From an uncultured Polyangiaceae bacterium (GTDB taxonomy: Bacteria > Myxococcota_A > Polyangia > Polyangiales > Polyangiaceae): a stretch of DNA of 21,819 nucleotides. Numbering within the stretch: the stretch's first letter is position 1; each line of letters opens with the position of its first letter. Under the pieces are notes generated by a model. The model made no database searches and was not told the DNA's origin. It saw only the letters and a list, made by a program, of their open reading frames with translations. Of this stretch, positions 1-6,291 are shown in pieces. Both the position numbers and the translations under genes were made by a program. Where the stretch lies: the NCBI GenBank assembly GCA_964459035.1, contig CAYWLO010000047.1:10182-32000 (forward strand), read 5' to 3'.

Positions 1-42
1 TGCCCTCACCCGCCACCGCACTGCCCTCACCCGCCACCGCAT
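1..42 (+). repeat. 21-nt tandem direct repeat (2 full units, cut by the window edge), in frame inside the Hsp70-like CDS
   Basis: Units 1-21 and 22-42 (tgccctcacccgccaccgca + c/t) differ only at the last base. In frame 3 they translate as PSPATAL-PSPATAL. A degenerate third unit (tgccttctcctgg) follows. More copies may lie upstream of the window. Confidence 0.7.
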
Positions 43-743
43 TGCCTTCTCCTGGCGAAAAAAGGACGGATCCTCTCGGGGCAACCATGGTGGGACTTCC
101 GGCCCCCCTCCAAGCGCCTCTCGCAGAGGAATTTGACGAACTCTCTATCGCCTCCTTGCTTCCTGAGGAGGCATCCAGCATGTCGATTTCTCGGGCAGCG
201 AGTTCTCCTTTAGATCTTTCTGACGAATCAGAGCTTTCGGCTCCCCTTGATTTGTCGACCCTTGAGTCTCCCCAGCATTCGACTCAGCCTTTGGGAAATG
301 CCTTAGACTCCTCCATCTCTCTGGACGATTCAACTGTCGGTGCACTGAGCCAGTCCGCAGAGGGGCACCGTCCCCAAGCCCCTCTACTTCTCGATGTCAC
401 TCCTCTTTCTTTGGGGGTTGAGGTCAGCGGCGGATACGTCGACAAGCTGATCGAACGCAATAGTCCGATACCCTGCGAAGTAACTAGGACATTTGCCACA
501 ACCCGCGACAACCAGCCTTTGGTACGAATTCGCGTAAGTCAGGGAGAAGAAGGTCGTTTCGAAAAGAACACTGTTCTAGGAGAAGTCGAACTCACTGGAC
601 TATCACAAGGTCTGCGCGGCACTGTAAAGGTAGACGTCAGTTTCTCTTTGGACGAAAGCGGCATGCTTCAAGTAACTGCCCGCGATTTGGCAAGCGGAAA
701 CGCCGCCGATGCTCGCTTAATGCTTGTCGGCGTTTCAGAATAG
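3..743 (+). CDS. Hsp70/DnaK-family protein, 3' part only (5' end outside window): acidic Ser/Pro/Leu-rich insert followed by the substrate-binding beta domain, with no helical lid
   Basis: Frame 3 is open from base 3, so the track start at 42 is an internal TTG. LLLDVTPLSLGVEVSGGYVDKLIERNSPIP...DNQPLVRIRVSQGEE...VKVDVSFSLDESGMLQVTARD matches the canonical DnaK interdomain linker plus SBD-beta pattern (LLLDVTPLSLGIET..RNTTIP..DNQ..V.I.V.QGER..IEVTFDID.NGIL.V.A.D). The TAG at 741-743 falls shortly after the last beta strand. Confidence 0.8.
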   Translation, partial: PSPATALPSPATALPSPGEKRTDPLGATMVGLPAPLQAPLAEEFDELSIASLLPEEASSMSISRAASSPLDLSDESELSAPLDLSTLESPQHSTQPLGNALDSSISLDDSTVGALSQSAEGHRPQAPLLLDVTPLSLGVEVSGGYVDKLIERNSPIPCEVTRTFATTRDNQPLVRIRVSQGEEGRFEKNTVLGEVELTGLSQGLRGTVKVDVSFSLDESGMLQVTARDLASGNAADARLMLVGVSE

Positions 744-782
744 TCGAATCAATCCACAAAACTCTCGTTTCCCCAGCCAACA

Positions 783-1322
783 ATGACCGCGTCCCCCAAC
801 TACGACCTGATTGTTTCCTGGCTCGATATTCTTGATTCGTCGAGCTACTATGAACTGCTTGGTCTATTAGAAATTGCTGATGACGACGCCATACAGAATG
901 CTTTTCATACATTTTCTAAAAGCTTTCATCCCGATAGACACCGCGCCGCCCCTGAGAATATTCAAAAGGCAGTAGCCAAAATTTATAGTCGAGGAGCTGA
1001 AGCGTATGGGATATTACGTCGCGAGGTGTCTCGACAGGCTTATGATCTCGCCCTATCCCAAGGAGTCTTACGCCTCACTCCGGGTAAGGCCCGCCCCCAA
1101 GTTCTTCGCACCTCAGAAAGTCTCGAGTCCGCCTGCAAAACTCCCGGAGGGCGTTTGCACGCCCGTCAGCTGGAGCGAGCTCTTAGCGAAAATAAGTGGG
1201 AAGAAGCCCGACACCTCCTCAGAAAGGCCCTTCTGAGCGAAAACCTGAATGAAGAGCTTGAAAAGCGTTACCACGCCCTCCTTCAGCTCGCCGGGGTTGC
1301 TCACGATAAAAGTCAACGGTGA
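783..1322 (+). CDS. J-domain (DnaJ-like) co-chaperone, 179 aa, without Zn-finger or C-terminal DnaJ domains
   Basis: YYELLGLLEIADDDAIQNAFHTFSKSFHPDRH...AEAYGILRREVSRQAYD is J-domain helices I-III with the HPD tripeptide. It starts 39 nt downstream of the Hsp70 stop on the same strand. Confidence 0.8.
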   Translation: MTASPNYDLIVSWLDILDSSSYYELLGLLEIADDDAIQNAFHTFSKSFHPDRHRAAPENIQKAVAKIYSRGAEAYGILRREVSRQAYDLALSQGVLRLTPGKARPQVLRTSESLESACKTPGGRLHARQLERALSENKWEEARHLLRKALLSENLNEELEKRYHALLQLAGVAHDKSQR

Positions 1323-1697
1323 TTAAAACTGTTCAGTCTTGGTAAAATTGGACATTCAATGGGAAAACATCGATGTCTTAGCCGTCAGCGGGACCTCAAT
1401 TCCTCGCCTGGACGCTCGTTTTGGGTGACTAGAATGGTTTTAACGCTTGTCAGGAATTTCACTACCCAAAAAAGGCACACAGGAAGATCCGTCTCCCCTG
1501 GAAAATCCTTCAATCGATGTTAATAAGGGGCGCGCGCAAAAAAGCAAAGGGAGAATTTAGACTCCATAAAACTTTTTTCCCGCATAAACGTCGAACTTGA
1601 TAACTGCGATTCATCAGAATCGTGCCCGAATAGACACGGACACAAGCGCCCCCTAGCTCGTATTTTCGCGAGACTAGGAGGACGGAGAGCCCCCCTC

Positions 1698-3044
1698 GTG
1701 AAGATCTCTTGCCCCTCATGCTCAGCTAAGTATTCGATCGCGGACGAGAAAGTCCAAAGTCGCCTTGCCAAGATCCGTTGCCGAAAGTGCGGAACCTCCA
1801 TCGTTATCGATGGAAACGTCTCGCCGGCTAATGTTTACGCCGCAGATGCGGGCGCAAGTGCATCCGCAGGAGCGGTTGCACCGGTCGCCCCTGCAGTAGA
1901 ACCTGCTCCGACAACGACTTACTCAGTTGACCTCGGTGAGAGCGATCAACGACAAATGACCGTTCCGGAAATTGTGGCGGCCTACAACGATGGCACTGTT
2001 ACGCCCGAGACTTTCGTTTGGGCGGATGGTTTCGCAGATTGGACTGCCCTCTCCGAGGTAGAGGAAATCGTGGCGTCTTTACACAGCGCGGCCGCCCAAG
2101 ATTCACCCACTGCACCGACGGATGAGGTCTCTGCTGCTGGTGCCTCAACCGCACCTCAAGAAAACCCCTGGGAGGCCGGTGGGCTCGGCGCACCTGCAGC
2201 ACCTGCTGAAAGCCCCCCAGCCTCCGGTGGTGGCGCAGATCTATTTGGCGGTGTGGCAGAGGCCGGCGGCGAAGCCGACCAGACCTCCGATCCTAGTCCG
2301 TTTGGCGCGGCGGCTGCCGCTGCTCCTGCGGACACAGGCGCGCGCAACGAGTCTTCGGTACTCTTTTCATTGAGTGCTCTCACTTCAGGTGCCACTGCGT
2401 CTCGTCCTAGTTCGCCGCTAGCTTCGGTTCCACCTTCCGCCGTTTCAAACAACGACGACTCGGGTTTGATCGACCTCAAAGCGCTCACTTCAGCCGCAGA
2501 TGCCAGCGCAAGCCCCTTGGCTGCGCCAAGCCCCTTGGCAGCAGCGCCTCTCGGTGCAACGGGTGCAGCAGCTTCTCCTCTCGGTGGACCTAGTCTCGGC
2601 TCTGGAGCATCCATTCCGCCGCAATCCAGCGGCGGTAGCAAAAATGTAATTATTCTTGGTGGTTTTGGTCTTGTGGCGGCAATCGCAGTCGCTGTCATTA
2701 CTCAAATGGGCGGGAGCCCTGAGCCCGAGGTTGCGCCTGCAGCCAGTGCTGTACCCATCGCTACCGCTGCTACGGCAGCCCCAGTAGCAGCAGCTCCAAC
2801 GCTTCCCACTACCGAAGCAAAGGCTCCTTCGACAGGGACAGAAGAGGACGAAGCCGCGCCAAAGAAAAAGTCAGGCTCGACCGCAAAACGTACGACACGG
2901 CGGAGAACCGGCGGGACTGCAAAGAAGGCGACCAGTGGCACCAAGTCCACGGCAAAACCCAAGCCACGAAAAAAGAAGAGTACGCGAAGCAAGTGCGGTT
3001 GTAAGAAAGACGACCTCATGTGCATGATGAACTGCGCACAGTAA
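1698..3044 (+). CDS. MJ0042-type zinc-ribbon + GYF_2 domain protein with a long Ala/Pro/Ser-rich region, one TM helix and a Lys-rich, Cys-containing tail
   Basis: GTG start with GGAGAG 8 nt upstream. N-terminus MKISCPSCSAKYSIADEKV...IRCRKCGTSIVID has two CxxC pairs (zinc ribbon). YSVDLGESDQRQMTVPEIVAAYNDGTVTPETFVWADGFADWTALSEVEEI has the GYF_2 pattern. TM segment NVIILGGFGLVAAIAVAVITQ. Tail KPKPRKKKSTRSKCGCKKDDLMCMMNCAQ. Confidence 0.75.
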   Translation: MKISCPSCSAKYSIADEKVQSRLAKIRCRKCGTSIVIDGNVSPANVYAADAGASASAGAVAPVAPAVEPAPTTTYSVDLGESDQRQMTVPEIVAAYNDGTVTPETFVWADGFADWTALSEVEEIVASLHSAAAQDSPTAPTDEVSAAGASTAPQENPWEAGGLGAPAAPAESPPASGGGADLFGGVAEAGGEADQTSDPSPFGAAAAAAPADTGARNESSVLFSLSALTSGATASRPSSPLASVPPSAVSNNDDSGLIDLKALTSAADASASPLAAPSPLAAAPLGATGAAASPLGGPSLGSGASIPPQSSGGSKNVIILGGFGLVAAIAVAVITQMGGSPEPEVAPAASAVPIATAATAAPVAAAPTLPTTEAKAPSTGTEEDEAAPKKKSGSTAKRTTRRRTGGTAKKATSGTKSTAKPKPRKKKSTRSKCGCKKDDLMCMMNCAQ

Positions 3045-3053
3045 TCGTCCTCT

Positions 3054-3132
3054 GAAAGCCCACCCCCCGGTGGGCTTTTCTTTGTCCATCTTCGAAAAGC
3101 CCCCCCGGTGGGCTTTTCTTTGTCCATCTTCG
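3054..3132. terminator. Tandemly duplicated hairpin/T-tract module between convergent genes (likely bidirectional intrinsic terminator)
   Basis: Copy 1 (3054-3094): gaaaGCCCACCccccGGTGGGCttttctttgtccatcttcg, a perfect 7-bp GC-rich stem, 4-nt loop and T-rich tail. Copy 2 (3095-3132): aaaaGCCCccccGGTGGGCttttctttgtccatcttcg is identical except for a 3-nt loss in the 5' stem arm. The module sits between the stop at 3044 (+) and the stop at 3144 (-). Confidence 0.6.
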
Positions 3133-3143
3133 TCGAAAGAGTC

Positions 3144-6100
3144 TCACTCTTCGGATGATGAGGCAGTGTTCAAATAGTCCAAGAGCGCTTCCGCCGGATG
3201 GCGAGGCACAAAGCCTTCAAATCGCTTCACCTGGCTACGACAAGAATGTCCGGTTGCCATCACACGTGCCCGCTCAGCGCCTGACTCGGGAAGCTGCTTT
3301 TTCCAGCTCATCTCGAAGATGCCTCTAGACTCCTCAAGATGTTCCTCTTCGTGGCCGAAAACACCACACATGCCGCAACAGCCAGTTGCTTTCACGGACA
3401 CCGCTGCACCAAATCTCTCGAACACGGCTTTCCATTTTTCCTGACTTTTTGTCTCAAATGTACGCTCGGTACAATGGCCAAATAGCTGATAAGGCTCTTG
3501 CCTCGATGTCGCTGTGGGCACACGCTTACCTATCAACGCCTCAAGATTTTCTTCCAAATATTCCTGCAAGAGTTGAATGCGAAATTCGGGCATTTCTTTC
3601 CCCAATTCGTGAGGATACTCGTCGCGGTAGGTCAGAGTTACAGCGGGCTCTATTCCCACAATTGGTATGCCGAGTCGAAAAACTTTCGCAAAGTACACCG
3701 AATTGCTTCTTACGACTTTCCTAAATCGCCCTAAGAACCCTTTGATATGAAGCGCTTTGCCATTTTCTCTGAAAGGCAAAAATATCACCCGTCGCCCTAA
3801 CTTTGTGAGCAAGTCATATGCGGCGAGAGCCACTTGAGGCTCATAAAATGTGGTAAAGGCGTCTTGTGCAATGAGTACAACTCGCCCTGCGTCCTCTTTG
3901 GAAAGAGCATTCATTGATGAAAAGTCGAACGATTCGGCGCCGCGCTCTTTGAGCCCTGCTTTCAAGGTATCTTCGGCAAGCAGGGGGGTATCAATCATGC
4001 CAACCCATCTTCGAATGAACCACTTTGAGGGAGCCCACGTCATCAGCCAGTTGCTCAGACGCGGCCAAAGAACCAAAATGCTCAATATGGATTCAAGAGC
4101 GGCTACAAAGTAGTCCTTCAGTGGTCGGCGATAACGCCCGTGGTATTGCTCCAAGAATTCAGCACGGAGCGCAGGGATATCCACCTTGACTGGGCATTGA
4201 GTGGCGCATGCTTTGCACGCCAAACACCCAGCCATTGCGTCGTATACTTGATGAGAGAAATCATCACGCGGCTTATCTCGACCCCGAATTGTGCTCGTGG
4301 ACAATGAATCGTCCGCTCCCATCTTGGCCCCTGCGTCGTGCCCGCTCTGAGCTAATAGTCGAAGCCACTCTCGCAAGATCCCGGCTCGCCCCTTCGGGGA
4401 ATGAATACGGTCGCGGGTCACCTTTGATGAGGGACACATGACAGAATCTGGATTCCAGTCGAAACACGCGCCGTTGCCATTGCAATTGACTGACGCTTCA
4501 AATTTTTTGCGAGTCGGCTCAGCAATTTGGCGATCGTAGGCGCCGCGCTTCATGGCGTCCACGCTCACCAGTTGGTCCGTACTTGCCGATGGGGTGGCTA
4601 GTTTTCCAGGGTTGAGCTGATTGTGAGGATCAAACGCAGACTTTACCCTGCGCAACTCTTTGTAAAGGGCGTCGCCAAAAAAAGTGGGTGTGTACTCACT
4701 TCGGTAGCCCTTGCCGTGTTCTCCCCAAAGCACCCCCCCGTACTTCTTCACCAAAGCAACCACTTCGTCGGTAATTCCCCGAAGCAAGGCTTCATCCTTC
4801 TCCGACTTCAGATCGAGAGCCGGCCGTACATGCAAACAGCCGACATCGACATGCCCAAACATTCCATAACGAAGGCCACGCTTATCCAAAAGAGCGCGAA
4901 AGTCGCGAATATAGTCGGCGAGGTGCTCAGGGGGGACAGCTGTGTCTTCGACAAAGGCGACGGGGCGGCGCGCCCCCTTTGCATTTCCCAAAAGTCCCAC
5001 CCCTTTTTTACGTAAGGACCACAAGGCAGCAATGTCTTGAGCGGTCGTTGCTACAGTATATCCCGAGGCTTGGCCGCTCTTTCCGCAGTGAGTGTTTAGG
5101 CTCGCGCAAAGCTCTTCTACCTTATTCTGAACAAGGGCAGGATCATCCGACTCGAACTCAACAAGATTGATAGCTGCGGCTGGAGGCTCATTTTTTCCTT
5201 CAACGAGATGGGAGATAGAACTCCAAATTGTATCTCCCCGCGCGAGGCCAACTATCGTATCATCAACCGTTTCGATGGCCCCCGGGTTACTTGCCACAAG
5301 TTTTCCGGCGTCACGCAAAGCACTATCAAATTCGGGGTAGCGAATTGCCACCAATTGCCGATGGCGCGCAATGGGCGTGAGGCGCAACTTGGCCTCAGTG
5401 AGAACGACAAGAGTTCCCTCGGAGCCCGCTATCACTCGCGAGAGATCGAATTTTCCGTCGGGTGTCTCAATATGGGCGAGATCGTATCCCGTAAGAAATC
5501 GCTTCAATTTGGGCAGATCTGTTTTGATTCGCTCCCGACTACTTTCCACAATTTCAGCAACTTGACAGTAAACACGCCCCGGCATGCCTTCTTTTTTGCA
5601 AGCCAATGCAAATTCTTCAGGGTCGAGAGGCAAAGTCTCAAGAATCTTGCCGTCCATCATGACCGAACGTAGCGCGAGCACATGGTCGCTCGTTTTACCG
5701 TAGATTCTTGAGCCTTTTCCACTGGCGTCTGTATTGATCATCCCCCCCAAGGTAGCTCGACTACTAGGCGACAAATTGGGGGCAAAGAAGACGTCGTGAG
5801 GGGCCAAAAATGCGTTCAGTTGATCTAATACAACGCCGGGTTGTACCCGTACCCATCCCTCAGCCAGGTTCAGCTCTAATATTTCTCCGAAGTGCCGGGA
5901 TACATCCATGATGACACCGTCACAAAGGGATTGCCCATTCGTGCCAGTTCCGCCCCCCCGAGGACTCAATTTTACCTCACGATATTCTTCATCATTGGCT
6001 AGCTCCAAAACGCAGGCAACATCTGTCTCGTTTCGGGGATAGACCACCGCAAGAGGCACTATTTGATAGACGCTGTTGTCAGTGGCCGTAACTAGGCGGG

Positions 6101-6209
6101 TCGCGTAGTCCGTACGAATCTCCCCCGAGAAACCACTGTTTTCGAGTGCTTTGATGAAAGACGCGTAAATAGCCGGGAGATATTCGTCTGGGGCCAACAG
6201 GGGGATCAT
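3144..6209 (-). CDS. ydiJ: FAD-linked oxidase fused to 4Fe-4S and CCG domains (YdiJ-like, putative D-2-hydroxyacid/D-2-hydroxyglutarate dehydrogenase)
   Basis: About 1020 aa. FAD_binding_4-type motifs PRGGGTGTNGQS and ATLGGMINTDASGKGS. Ferredoxin motif CLACKACATQCPVKVDIP plus an upstream Cys set (CNGNGACFDW..MCPS). CCG-type motif GCCGMCG near the C-terminus. I chose the ATG at 6209 (MIPLL...) because it resembles the E. coli YdiJ N-terminus as I recall it. The track's GTG at 6254 is an alternative start. Confidence 0.85.
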   Translation of the reverse strand: MIPLLAPDEYLPAIYASFIKALENSGFSGEIRTDYATRLVTATDNSVYQIVPLAVVYPRNETDVACVLELANDEEYREVKLSPRGGGTGTNGQSLCDGVIMDVSRHFGEILELNLAEGWVRVQPGVVLDQLNAFLAPHDVFFAPNLSPSSRATLGGMINTDASGKGSRIYGKTSDHVLALRSVMMDGKILETLPLDPEEFALACKKEGMPGRVYCQVAEIVESSRERIKTDLPKLKRFLTGYDLAHIETPDGKFDLSRVIAGSEGTLVVLTEAKLRLTPIARHRQLVAIRYPEFDSALRDAGKLVASNPGAIETVDDTIVGLARGDTIWSSISHLVEGKNEPPAAAINLVEFESDDPALVQNKVEELCASLNTHCGKSGQASGYTVATTAQDIAALWSLRKKGVGLLGNAKGARRPVAFVEDTAVPPEHLADYIRDFRALLDKRGLRYGMFGHVDVGCLHVRPALDLKSEKDEALLRGITDEVVALVKKYGGVLWGEHGKGYRSEYTPTFFGDALYKELRRVKSAFDPHNQLNPGKLATPSASTDQLVSVDAMKRGAYDRQIAEPTRKKFEASVNCNGNGACFDWNPDSVMCPSSKVTRDRIHSPKGRAGILREWLRLLAQSGHDAGAKMGADDSLSTSTIRGRDKPRDDFSHQVYDAMAGCLACKACATQCPVKVDIPALRAEFLEQYHGRYRRPLKDYFVAALESILSILVLWPRLSNWLMTWAPSKWFIRRWVGMIDTPLLAEDTLKAGLKERGAESFDFSSMNALSKEDAGRVVLIAQDAFTTFYEPQVALAAYDLLTKLGRRVIFLPFRENGKALHIKGFLGRFRKVVRSNSVYFAKVFRLGIPIVGIEPAVTLTYRDEYPHELGKEMPEFRIQLLQEYLEENLEALIGKRVPTATSRQEPYQLFGHCTERTFETKSQEKWKAVFERFGAAVSVKATGCCGMCGVFGHEEEHLEESRGIFEMSWKKQLPESGAERARVMATGHSCRSQVKRFEGFVPRHPAEALLDYLNTASSSEE

Positions 6210-6291
6210 TGCCGCTGGATACTCGACGCTTGCACTCGGCGCTAGCCAAAGCACCCAGAAGAAATCAAATTTACCCCTTCAAAAGGTATGA

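Noticed and set aside
1-60. The 21-nt tandem repeats at the window start could be a CRISPR fragment or a mobile-element end.
   Set aside because: The units are contiguous with no spacers. They lie in the open reading frame that continues into the Hsp70 substrate-binding domain and translate to a sensible PSPATAL repeat. This is a coding low-complexity repeat.
1323-1697. The long 375-nt intergenic region could hold a tRNA, riboswitch, small RNA or sigma54 promoter (GGCACacagg at about 1466).
   Set aside because: There is no T-loop (GTTCRANYC) or cloverleaf. The GGCAC is not followed by TTGC at the right spacing. I cannot recognise any riboswitch core by eye. It is left unannotated, and an Rfam scan would be needed.
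2156-2698. 180-aa antisense ORF (plus 2122-2373, 2490-2705 and 1999-2202) inside the zinc-ribbon/GYF gene.
   Set aside because: These fall in the GC-rich Ala/Pro/Ser low-complexity part of the + strand gene, where the opposite strand stays open by composition alone. The products are Ala/Pro/Gly/Arg strings with no start context.
2702-3127. 141-aa minus-strand ORF containing a repeated MDKEKPTGG.
   Set aside because: It reads through the duplicated terminator hairpins and the antisense of the Lys-rich tail. The peptide repeat only reflects the DNA duplication.
3386-5672. Several + strand ORFs of 63-154 aa (3386-3724, 3850-4113, 4623-5015, 5208-5672 and others) inside the ydiJ-like gene.
   Set aside because: They are fully nested antisense to a 1020-aa ORF with clear FAD/Fe-S motifs. 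None has a recognisable motif or RBS.
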